DNA of 32,425 nt from Jimgerdemannia flammicorona (GCA_003990765.1 RBNJ01000348.1:1-32425); one strand, 5' to 3'; counted from the first letter of the stretch, positions 10,310 to 22,434 are shown. Translations and numbers: made by a program. The notes: generated from the sequence alone by a model not told the origin.

Positions 10310-11400
10310 GAAGCTATACTATGGATTAATCAGCTATCTTAGACAGCAGAAGATGCCCAACCACCTCAAACCCTGGACAATCACCATCATCAACCAGACT
10401 TGGAAACAGTTTGAACTAGACAACACTATACTCAGAAAAGGAGGAAAGCTAGTAATACTCAAATACAAGAAGTATCAAGTAATGAAGGAAGTACATGAGC
10501 AAGGATACTTAGGAGAAACCAATATATATGATAAGGCAAGAAGAACTATGTGGTGGTCCAAGATAGAAGAAGACCTACACCAATTTGTCAAAGGGTGTGA
10601 CAAGTGCCAAAAACAGAAACAAGATCAGCAAGACCAGATACCCAGGTCATCAAGAATTGAGCCTATCCCCTTCCACCACATTGCAATGGATATCATTGGA
10701 CCACTACCAGTAACACTATCAGGAAACAGCTATATCATAGTTATTGTAGACCTCTTCACCAAATAGATAGAGGCAGGAGCATTACAAGAAGCCAATGCCC
10801 TCTCTATAGCCAACTCCTGCACTGAGAAATCATCTGCCACTACAAGATCCAGCACATCAAGACCACTGTGTACCACCCTCAAGGAAATGGACAGAAAGAG
10901 AGAACCAACAAGACCCTCAAGAACATTCTAGTAAAGATCTCAGAGACATATGAGAATTGGGATAACTATCTCCCAACTACCCTCTCTGTCCTATGAGACA
11001 TATGGTCACAGAGCACACACTTTACCCCAAGAGAGCTGCTCTTCGGAGAAGAAGATTCTGATGGAACCTCAGCCACGAATCTAGACCTAACTTGGAGATA
11101 GGTTGATGCAAAAATCCAGAGACTACACCAAATCAGGAAGAAGGCTGAAGATTACATCACCAAGTTACAAGCACTGATAAGGAAGAATGCAGAAAAGAAT
11201 CATAAGGCCCTAGAACCCATCCAAATCAGAGAAAAAGTTCTACTATATTGAAATATGGTAGAAACCTCATGGTCATGAAAACTGGAGCCCAAATGGGAAG
11301 GTGCAAGATATCAAGAGAACCACCTTCTGGCTTAGAAAAATCTCAGGAACTATACTGCCTACTACAGTATATAGGAACAGACTCAAGAAGTACTACAAAC
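10302..11400 (+). pseudogene. Element B integrase (separate +1 frame, internal deletion)
   Basis: HHCC-type region (VHEQG...CDKCQ), IAMDIIGPLP, YHPQGNGQ.ERTNKTLK and KLEPKWEG. Confidence 0.9.
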
Positions 11401-11772
11401 CTATACAAGAGAAGCAAAACATGATGACTACCCATGAGGTTCTAGTCTGCGAATCATAACAGCATGTCCTGTGACTAGCAGGCTATCTGTCTGGACCATT
11501 CTCTAAGAGATATGATACTGGCAACTACTCATCTGTGAGACTTTCAAAGTCAGAGGAGTTCAAACCATCAACTGATTGGTCAAGATCAGAATCAGGCCCT
11601 TGCTCTATATGAAGGGAGTGACCCTTCACCATTACACCAAAATACAAAGAGAAGATACCAGCCCATAAATACCACTTTTTGACTCCTTGCCAGAGGTTAT
11701 GAGATCAGCAAATTTTTCAGGACTGGACCAATGAATAAGAATACTTAAGAAGATCCTTATTTAGGAAGAAGA

Positions 11773-13318
11773 TGTAATGGTAATCCCAGAATGATGACAT
11801 CAGCACAGGAGACAGTCTTTCCTTATAAGCCACCAGATCAAAATACAAGAAGATCATATAGTATATAAGATGAGCAATGATGACCAACTATGAGTCATTG
11901 TGACCACAGTACAAGCATCCTGAAGAATATAAAAGAAGAATCAAGGAACCACAGTAGCAGCAACCAACAAGAACTACCAATCCCAAATTAGCTCAAAGAC
12001 TTACCACAAATGAAATGCCTGCTGCCTACCAAACCTCAAGGTCAAGGAACTACTAAGATATCTTAGTCGAAGAAAGGATATTCCAAGACATCAGAAGAGC
12101 TATAAGGACCCACTCAAGAAGGACTCCTAGTGTTAACCTGGGTACTGCAGACCCCTATCACTTTATTCTCTACTACTATGAAATAGAAACAAGGATCATC
12201 ATTGCTACCGAATATCTCCAAATGTGGCAGGAGTATGAAATAGGAAACCTCCTCTGCCGGGAGTTCCCACAGGCCAGCACTCATGAGCTACAAGATGCCA
12301 CTCCCATGGATATAGATAGCTAAGAAGATCCATCAGATCTTCAGGCATGCACCATGGTTGATTTCCAACTTGGAGTATGTTAGAGTCTCAGATTTCAGAG
12401 ATCTGTCATTCTGCTATATCAATGCACTAGAAGCCAGGGTGACTACAGAAGCCCAGTCCACTATCACCCTCAAAGTGATAAAGTAGAAAACTTCTGGCAC
12501 TCTATCTTTCAGGATAACCCAGACCAATTCCTGCAAGGGTTGATCTCAGTATTCCAAGGCCCAAACATCCAGATTAGATCTCTCCAAGACCCCACATTTG
12601 TTCTCTATTTTGTAGAAGAGAACCTCATAGACTGGAGAGCTCCAGATCTTGTTCCTGATTTCCCCACCGCCAAACATAATGATGTCATTGATGATGACAT
12701 CATCCCATGTGACATCAAAGCATGCAAAATACACAAAGTACACAAAATGGGCAACCTATATGATGAATTCACAGATCTCATCTCTTTCAGTAATGATGAT
12801 GATGATGAAGACCCCATAATCCTGAACTTTCTGCTCTAAGTTCTTTGTTAAACTGAATAATACCAGTACCAGTATTTTGACATAACACTGGATAATTCCA
12901 GCACTGGTATTCTGAGGTGATGTGAAATTATTCCAGCACTGGTATTCTGATGTGACACTGAATTATACCAGCATCCTGAACCTGTACAACCATCAGTGCT
13001 GACCCTGGAACTTAGTAGTTTTAGTTATTAGAATTTATATTTAGCTTTATATCTTAGCAACCATTGAATTATATTTTATATAAATACCCCTCTTATTTCC
13101 TCTGAAATAAAGTCAGTCTTCTCAGTGCAATATACATACTTTCTTGCAAGCAATCTAAGAGATAACAAGACAGTTTAAAGATAAGAAGTTTGAGGACTAT
13201 AAGACCTTGGGAAGGCACTCCAATAAGAACTTGCTTATAATAAACTTGAGTTAGTCTAAGAGATATACCTTGAAGAGAATCTGGCATATTTGAAGGACTC
13301 AGTGACCACTATATAACA
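11773..13318 (+). repeat. Element B 3' LTR (1546 bp) including a second copy of the LTR ORF (12015-12839)
   Basis: Preceded by the PPT, with TG...CA ends. Carries two extra copies of a ~35-bp repeat relative to the 5' LTR. Confidence 0.95.
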
Positions 13319-14221
13319 GCAGATAGTGAATTTGATAAAAGCAAAGATAATATATCTCTTCTTTGCCCACCAACTCTATATCTAGCATATAAGATAGATG
13401 ATATCCTATAGGATAGTAATATAGTCTCAATGTATTATTATCAGAGTAAATAAGGAGAAGTAATCCAAGAACTACTCTTCCTAGATAACTACTTTATCAG
13501 AGATAATATCATTGATAGTAATATCATTAAAGACTATCTAGACAGTATCTAAATCTATAGATAGCTTAGCAGTTATTAGTATAATTAGATTAGCCTTATA
13601 TAATGTGACTGTATACTAACTCAGCAGTTAGACAATCTCTTAATATGTCAGTTTATACTTATACTATATGACTGCATTCTGACTCAGCAAGGTACTAAGT
13701 ACTATATCTATATTAATATAGTCTAGATAGTATAAATATCCCCTCTCCCAGATCTCAGAATCTCAGGCTTAAACAATTGAAATATAACTCCTGAACACTT
13801 CTCCACAATATCTCTTCATATAACTACTCCTAGTATAGCAATATCATGAATAGCAAATAAATCTATTTAATAACTTACAAACTACTCTTAAGTAAATCCA
13901 CACTCTATTAGATCCCACTCTTAACCATATTATGAAATTTCCTAATTGGGTATTGTCTGCAGTGATACATCAATTCAACTAAGCTGATCTTAGTTTCTTA
14001 AACTTCTTAAAATATAGAAAATCCTGAACATCCAGAACTAGTTCAAAAAAGGACTTTGGTTGAGATATTAATCCAATCTTGAAATCAATAAGTATAGAGG
14101 ATATACTCTATATAAAATTGATCTTGACCTAAAGAAAACAGTCTTCTAGAATATTCAGAACTTTTAGAAAACTCTTCCAGAACTACATAATAGTACTTTT
14201 ATAAGTAACCCTCTTACAACT

Positions 14222-14235
14222 TGGTAGTGGTGGTT
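14222..14235 (+). promoter_or_regulatory. Element D primer-binding site (TGGTAGTGGTGG)
   Basis: TGG lies 3 nt after the LTR end. TGGTAG(C/T) is compatible with initiator-Met-type priming, but this was not verified. Confidence 0.6.
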
Positions 14236-15167
14236 TATAATTCAATTCCGCTTCAAGATGCTTCCTCACTCTGCTATAAATCTCTATAAGAATTCCTACA
14301 AATTGGTATAAAGCCTAACCTTTAAACTGAAATTTATCCTGAACTATCTGACAATCTGGAGAGAATTGAACCTGACATATAAGGACAACTTAACCTTCAC
14401 ACCTGTAACAAGTGGAACAGACTTTATCTATAAAAAGAAGTACTCTAATTAAGCCAGTAGATAGATGAAACTTTATATACTGAACTCCTTGCTCTACATC
14501 CTGTAAGTCAAGATGAAAAAGGTCTTATAGAAGCCTTCTTTACTCTTCTCAACAAGAGTTTTGTTAGCTCTACAAACTTGAGTAACCTAGGATAACCAGC
14601 AGTAGTCTTTTTAGCCTTAGTTCCTCATAAAGTCCAAGCCTCTATAGCCAAGTGGCTCAACTTTACTGACTTTCACCATACAAGAACTAAGACTGCCTTA
14701 TACTACTGCTTCCAGAATTATAAGGCTCACTATATTCTTAAAGAGAAATCCTTTATCAATAATTCAACTCTGAATCAAAAGCAGGTTCAGCTACAGTCCT
14801 ACTTGAAAATAAAACCAATACTGAACTGAAACCAGATTTTGAATTAAGTCCATCTAAAATCCAATATACAACTGATTCTATTTACTTCAATGCTAAGTAA
14901 ACTCAACTACATGAGGACCAAAGCCAAGAGAAGGAGGAGTATCTTAGTGAATTTGATTCTGGATATACTACTGAGAGAGATACACCTCCATTAGGACAAA
15001 ATATATCTATACAGCAATAGACAGCTATCTACCAAGCCCTTACTTCAAACTCATAACAGTTATGTTAGCAACTTATACAGACTCAAAGAACACTATCATA
15101 CTCTACACTAATATCTCAAGTTATACCAGTAATACTACTACTAGTAATCCAACTACCTCTAGTGAAC

Positions 15168-17650
15168 ATGGCAAACTAATATATTCTAGACCTCACAGCC
15201 CAGGTAGCCATAATGGTAGCAACCATTACTGCCTTAGCTGAACAGACCCAACTAACAAAAAGTCTGAGTCTACCTACCTTCAATGGTACTGTATAAGAAG
15301 TCCAAAGCTTTATTAATATAGTTGATACTAATTTTTGAAGCCAACCAATAGACTAATGAGTGAGTTGCTGACTATCTTCTGATAAACAATTAAGACCATA
15401 CTCTACAATAACTCTTTACTACTACTATAGTCTATGTCTATTAAGTTATTATATTCTTCTGAAGATCTGCCAAAGAATGGTAGCAAACTCTTTCTAAAAA
15501 ACTCCTCACATAGGACATCTGACCTATAGTCATTGCCCAAAATGTAGCAAATAATGCCCCAGAATATAAAAACTATCCTGCAGCCCCTGGACTCAAATAA
15601 CTCATAATTGCTCAATACTACAGTAAAACTCTATAATCTCAAATTTAATATATATAGTAAGAAGAAATTCAAAACCTTCTATAAAAAACTTGAGTCACTC
15701 CTGAATACTATTGGTCTAGAATATATTACTAATGATAAAGCATAAAATGGTATAAAAGTAGATTATTTATTTGATACATTATCTGAATAGCTTATAAGAA
15801 AAATCTGAGAACAAGAATGCCTAGTTGTAAGCACACAATCTCCAAGCTACCAAAATCACATGTCATCCTCAGAACTAATTTGGAAACCACATGCAAGACT
15901 ACAAAACAAGTTACTGAAGAGATTATCTGATTATACAAAATATGCTAGCAAATATGAGAATCTACCACCAAGATACAAAAATACCAGAAGAAGTATTACA
16001 ACTATAAGACCAACTCTGAACCTCTATAACTAGTTTAGTATACTATACTATTACAAAAGGAAACCAAAAGTACCAAACTCAAACCAAGATAAGAAGGACC
16101 CTATCTCATCCATCAAGAGTTTATGAACTACACTTATCAAACTCTAGACCAAGATATACTGCAACTATACAAGACCTCATTACTTAGCAGAAGCAAAACA
16201 CATTTGAACAACTCTGTTTGCTCTATATATATCACCTCTATTGGAGAGTGACAGATGCTTCATCTGAACTCAAGAAAGCCGACATTGTTGAAACCAATCT
16301 CAAGCCATCCATGTAATAGATATTACTACTAGAAATTGTCTCAGATTACAGAAAATATCATTTCTGAGAGGTTCAAACCCCTAGCTGTGACATTGGGAGC
16401 CCTTGCCCTAGACAAGGATGACCAGTCCTTGCAAATATACCAGCAGGCCAAAAAAAAAAAGAGAACCAAGACCTGTTATCCTTATACAACCACTGCTACC
16501 AAGAACAGCCTTAATCTTGCAAGAGATAGAAGTGACAATACCTTGAAACTGATGATGTCAGAAGTCAGAAAACTGCTCAGACTTTGCTAGTGATGATGTC
16601 ATCAATAGTGATATCATCAAAGACTAACCAGATAGCACCTAAATCTATAAATAGCTTAGCAGTCATAGTATAGTTAGATTAGCCTTATATGATATGACTA
16701 TGAACTGACTCAGCAGTCAGATAATCCCTTGACATGTCAGATCACACTTGTACTATATGACTGCATTCCAACTCAGCAAAGTACTAAGTATTACATCCAT
16801 ATTCAGCATAGTCCAGATAGCCCCTCACTAGTATAAATACCCCCTCCCCCAGACCTCAGAATCTAAGACTTGAACAGACTTGAATATACAAGAACATTCC
16901 TAAATACTTCCCCACAATATCCCTTCACACAACTACTCCTAGTATAGCAATATTATGAATAGCAAATAAACCTATTTAATAATCTACAAATCACTCTTAA
17001 ATAAATCCACTCTCCATTAGATCTCACTCCTAATCCCATTATGAAATTTCCTAATTGGGTATTGTCTGCAGTGATATGCTAATTAAACTAAGCTGGTCTT
17101 AGTTTCTTGAACTTCCTGAAATATGGAAAATCCTGAACATCCAGAACTAGTCCAAAAAAGGACTTTGGTTGAGACATCAACCTGAACTTGAAATCAATAA
17201 GCATAGAGGACATACTCTATATGAAATTGATCTTGACTATAAGAAAACAGTCTTTCAGAATATCCAGAACTTCCAGAAAACCCTTCCAGAACTACATAAC
17301 AGTTACTCTAAAAAGTAACCTTCTTACACTAGTTGGTTGTGATCACCAATAATAGTACCTAGCAAGAATCAAAACTATGGTCAAGTGAATTCTATCAGCT
17401 GGACCAATTCTGTCTTGAAGACAATTCAACAATAAGGAAAAGACTTAGACAAAGAAAAAAAAACCCAAGCATGAAGCATCCCAAGCTCCCTCCACATCTA
17501 CCTCTTGAATATCTCAAAATCCTGAACTTACTCAGCTAAGTACCTTCAAGAAACTCACTGAAGGAGAAAGAAATGAACTTTATAGAAGTAGAGTATACTT
17601 CTATTGCTGAAAAACAGGATATATGACCAGTGTCTACTCTAATCAAAAAC
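15168..17650 (+). pseudogene. gag: Element D gag, interrupted by the solo LTR at 15826-17328
   Basis: LPTFNGT..EV..FI at ~15270. Decayed knuckle LTEGERNEL.RS..YFYC*KTGYM.SVY. at ~17554-17640. Confidence 0.7.
15826..17328 (+). mobile_element. Solo LTR of a D-related family with a 5-bp TSD (CTAGT)
   Basis: TGTAAG...CTTACA ends, CTAGT at 15821-15825 and 17329-17333. The first ~90 bp and last ~740 bp match the D LTR. Confidence 0.9.
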
Positions 17651-17711
17651 TCTGAACAGCAATACAAGCAACTGTTACTACTCTGTATTATCTCAACAAT
17701 CTGACTACTAA

Positions 17712-18125
17712 AATACTAGACTTGTCAAGTTAAGGTCAACTGCCAAGACCCCAATCAAAGAAAGTCAAAAAGCAGCTAGATATGACCTATATATAGCCAA
17801 AGAAGCTACAGTTTCCAACTGAGAAGTTAAGCCAGTCTATATAGGAATCAGCATTCAAATTCCTGAAGAATATGTTAGAAGGATATGCTATTACAGCAGC
17901 CTAGTACTAAAAGAACTCTCAGTAGAAGGAGGAGTTATTGATAAAGATTATATAGGTGAAATTATTGTCCTTATTCAAAACTATAGTTGAACACTCTTCA
18001 AGATCCCCATTGGTTTCTGTACTACTCAGATCCTATTTGAGAAAATTGAACCAACTCTGATAGTCAAAGAAGTCTCTGAACTACTACTTACCATCCAAGA
18101 ATCTAAAGGATTTGGCTCATCAAAT
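17712..18125 (+). pseudogene. dut: Element D dUTPase domain (between gag and PR)
   Basis: AARYDLY, YSSLVLK (RSSLA), VEGGVIDKDYIGEII, TQIL and KGFGSSN in one frame. Confidence 0.9.
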
Positions 18126-18155
18126 AAGGCCTCAGCCCAATCTACTATGAATAAA

Positions 18156-18263
18156 GAAGAACAATTCTACAAGAAAATTAAAGATGGATTTGTACCAAGT
18201 AGCTAATACCCCCATAGTGTTAGAATGTACTCTTCCTGAATAATCAATAATTGCTTCTCTTGT
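18156..18263 (+). other. Element D small Cys/His module (putative zinc finger)
   Basis: EEQFYKKIKDGFVPSS*YPHSVRMYSS*IINNCFSC, in frame with the dUTPase. Confidence 0.7.
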
Positions 18264-18339
18264 GTCAATGGACTGGTTCAAAGGAGAACCAATAGAAGGA
18301 AAACTCCTATAACTGAAATTACTACTATTAGATCAGACA

Positions 18340-21300
18340 AACTGCTTATACTCTAAGCTTTTATCAACTGAGTACCTGTCAAGATTATGATAGATAGCAG
18401 TATCTCAGGCAACTTCATCAATGAAGAAACAGTCAACAGACTCAAGATTCTGACCTCTCTGGTACAATAGACTCAAGCAGTTGTCATAGCTAATAGAATA
18501 TCTTATATCATTAGTAAGGAAGTCCACAACCTACCCTTCTGAATTGATAACTACCATACTCCAGATTATATTACTTCCTAACAATAAAATCATCCTAGGG
18601 ACTCTATAGTTGAAACAAGAGAACCTTATGATTGATTAGGTAAACTATTCTCTAACTATCAAGAAGAGACACCACAATTTCAAACTGTAAGATAAAAAAG
18701 ACCCACTCAGTTCTAGTGACTCTGGTCTAAAGATTATCTACATTAATAAGCTATAACTTAAGAAATTGGCCAAGAAATAACCTCTCTTTACTATCTCCAT
18801 CTGACCATCCAAAGAAGAACCTGAGAACCTTGAAGAAGACTTTTTCAAAGTTGACAGCCATGTTAGACCCTTACTCCAGAAATTCTAAGATATGTATATT
18901 CCCAAAGAAACTCCTGAAAGATCTACCCCCTAAATAAGCAATAGACTATACCATCAAGACTATCCCAGATGCCAAACCAGCCTTCAAGTCAATCTATCAT
19001 ATATCTCTAAGAGAAATTGATATACTTAAGAAAAAGATTGATGAACTCTTAGAACAAGGATTCATCAGACCTAGTGTATCACTATATAGTGTACCAGTCC
19101 TCTTTATTGTCAAGAAAGGAGGAGATCTATGAATATATATTGATTACTATAACCTCAATAAATAGACTATTAAGAACTATTGCCCACTACCCCAAATCAA
19201 TGAAATATTCAATAGACTTACCAACCCACAATTTATGAGCTCTTTTGACCTACAAAATAATTACTGGCAAATTATCATAGAAGAAGAAGACATCTATAAG
19301 ACCATCTTCCAAACTCGCTATAGATATTTCAAGTTATTAGTTATGCCTTTTGGCTTAACTAATGCTCCTGCAATCTTCTAGATACTGATGAATACCATCC
19401 TATACCTGTATCTAGATAAATTTATTATTATCTATATTGATGACATTCTAGTCTTTAGCAAAACCCTAGAGGAATATCTTAAACATCTTAAACTAGTACT
19501 ACTGAAGCTTCAAGAAAACTAACTTTTTACAAAACTCAGCAAATGTAAATTCCTCCTAAAGGAAATTCAATTCCTTAGACATATATTATTATGCTCAATA
19601 AAATCAAAGTAGACTCCAGCAAAATCTCTGCAATTAAGAATTGACCCAGATCCAAGAAGCTGAAAGACCTCTAGTCATTTCTGAGACTAGCAAACTATTA
19701 CTAGCAATTTATTGCCAACTTTACCAAGATCACTATTTCTCTTATCCAAATGACCAAGTATAGTAAGAAAGAAGGATAGCCTTAGACTATAAAATAAGAA
19801 AAAGACTTCAACAATCTTATAAATTGGAGACCTGAACAAAATATAGTCTTTCAAGTACTGAAAGATATCTTGATAACTACTCTAGTACTTTAAGCAATAA
19901 ACCCTGTCCTGTCTTATGAAGTTACTACTAATGCCTCTGACATAGCTCTTAGAGTAGTGCTTATACAAGAAGAATATCCTGTAGTCTATCATTCTCACAT
20001 GTTCAATGATGCTAAGATCAATTATGTAATCTATGAAAAGGAAATATTAGTTATTATAGACACTCTGATCAAATGGCAACCATACCTAGAAGAAGTATAC
20101 TTCACTATTTTAATAGACTATAAATTATTAGTCAACATCAAGACTCAGGCTATCCTTTCTTGAAAGTAAGCCAGATAGATGAAAGTCCTCACCAACTTTG
20201 ACTATAAAATCCAGTATCACTCTGGTAAAGAGAATATTGTCACTGATATAATCTCTAGACCACAAATTGAAAAAGTCATCCAAACTCTCACCTTAGTTAT
20301 CAACTCTATCATAGAATAATTATTGCAGCATATGTTGATGATAAAGAGGCCCAGACACTCTAAGAAATTCTGAGTAGTAATGATATTGATAAATACTTTT
20401 AGTATCATTAATATCAACTAAAGGACAATGCCATCTACTACAAGGACAGATTGTATATTCTAAATAATCAAGATCTCTAAAGGACTATCCTATTTGAATA
20501 TCATAATACTCCTACAGCTAGATATTTAGGATTTGACAAATACTATAAAGTTATTTTCTGAAACTTCTATTGACCCTATATGGCAAATCAACTAAAGACC
20601 TACATCACTTTCTATAATACCTGCCAATATAATAAGTTCTCAATACTAGTAAGACCTAGCCTACTCTACCTCATCCTAATACTATCTACTAATTGAGAAT
20701 AAATCTCTATGGACTTCATTATATAACTACTCTAAACTAAGAATGAGAAAGATGCAATTGTTGTCTTCATGGACTATCTCAGAAAACAAGTCTATTTTGT
20801 ACCAACTACTATTACTACAATAGTATTAAATATAGCCACACTCTTATTTGATAATATTTTCTACTATTACAGTCTTCCTAAGATTATTATTAGTAACTAA
20901 GATCCAAAGTTTACTAGCTACTTTTGGAAAGCCCTATATGCATACCTTAGAATAAAACTTGTACTATCTATAGTCTTTTATCTCAAAACTGATAGTCAAA
21001 CTGAAAGAATGAATCAAACTTTAGAACAAATGCTAAGGAACTATATTTCCTATAGACAAGATAATTGGTATAAATATCTTACTACAGTTGAGTTTATCTA
21101 TAATAACAGCAAGTAAGCCTCTCTTGGATAACCCTATTCTTTATCAATACAGGACAAAATCTGAACACCCCTCTGATACTCATTAGAACTACCAATGAAC
21201 CCTCTACTATCAAAGTCATTGAAAAATTTCTGCACTGAATACACAACTTAAGCCAGATTGTAATTAAGAACTTATCTTAAGCTTAAGAATAACAATTACA

Positions 21301-21750
21301 GTATATTAACCAGTACTGCTAAGAAGAAACTTTTGATATCAAAAAAAATAGTTCTACTAGACATCCAAGGATACTGAGTTGATAACTTCAAGCACAGACT
21401 ATCTATGAAGCTAAATAGCAAATTCATCAGACCATTTGAAGTCATCATACAAGTCTCTCCAACTTTCTACAAATTAGTGCTACCAGACACTATTAAGATT
21501 CACCCAGTCTTCAATGTTCAATATCTTAAACAATATAATGAAAATGATAATAAACTATTTCAAATCTGAATCACAAAACCACCTATATCTATTATTATTA
21601 ATGACTAAGAAGAATACAAAGTTAAACAAATATGGCTACAAAAACTATTTAGAATATCTTATCAAATTGAAAGGTTATTCAATCTATAATATGACATGAG
21701 AACCCAAGACCAATCTATAGAATGCTACTGAACTAGTTCAAGAATATAAT
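18340..21750 (+). pseudogene. pol: Element D pol: protease, RT, RNase H, integrase and chromodomain
   Basis: IMIDSSISGNFI; GFIRPSVSLYSVPVLF..KKGGDL; YIDDILVFS (~19434); ISMDFI; KFIRPFEV...IHPVFNVQYLK. Chromodomain EEYKVKQI...EYLIKLKGY....T*EP.TNL.NA (~21605-21750). Confidence 0.9.
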
Positions 21751-21962
21751 TCTTTGAACAACTGAAATCTGAACACTTCAGTACCTATTGGTCAATATTA
21801 TATACTACTACTCCTGAATATTAAGTACTCTTATAATTATTATAAACAAAATCAAGAACTCAGTAAGATAAGACAAAAGAATACCAACTCTCTAGAAAAA
21901 TAGCAAAACTAAAAGTCAGCCTATTCTTCCCATATTACTAATGAGAAATGAGGCATAGATAT

Positions 21963-22434
21963 TGTGACAGTATAGCCAGATTCGGAAGAAGGAAATAGGG
22001 AACAGACACTTGATTACACCCAGTCTCAAAGTAGTATAGCCACATAGTTAGCAGTCTCTGATTTTGCCATTTGCTAAATATTTTGCAAAGTGCAAGATCG
22101 AGCCTCTTGATATAGTATAGTATTTCACAACTGGTGAAATATTTCACAAAGTGTTAAATGACTCATAATTTAGCCACGTAACCCAGTAACCATCTCATAG
22201 CTAGCAAACTTATATAAATAACCCAGTATCTTTGAGTGAATAAAACCTCAGATCGAAATAGTTCAAAGCAAAGAGATAGCAAAGGAACTAGTACATAAGC
22301 CTGCAGGCAGATATACTTCGAACTCACCCACCCTCCCCTACAACTTCAAGAGACTCTGCAAGAGTCAGAACAGTCAAGTTTTCAAGATATAGAAATCTGA
22401 TATACTTTCAAGAGTAAGCATCCACTATGTTACA
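21963..22434 (+). repeat. Element C 5' LTR (472 bp)
   Basis: TGTGACAG...atgttaCA. Direct repeat of 28193-28638. Confidence 0.95.

Larger units (their letters stand above)
4712..13318 (+). mobile_element. Element B: full-length decayed Ty3/Gypsy LTR retrotransposon with dUTPase and an LTR-borne ORF
   Basis: TG...CA LTRs at 4712-6188 and 11773-13318, PBS at 6192, PPT aggaagaaga at 11763-11772, order gag-PR-DUT-RT-RH-IN. Confidence 0.95.
4492..14218 (+). repeat. Element D 5' LTR (partial; pieces 4492-4711 and 13319-14218, split by element B)
   Basis: Both pieces align collinearly with 29797-30892. It ends ctcttaCA at 14218, and TATAAATA is at 13731. Confidence 0.85.

Noticed and set aside
17640..17715. 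-1 slippery site between D gag and dUTPase
   Set aside because: caaaaac is not phased correctly relative to the gag frame, and the region is too decayed to call.
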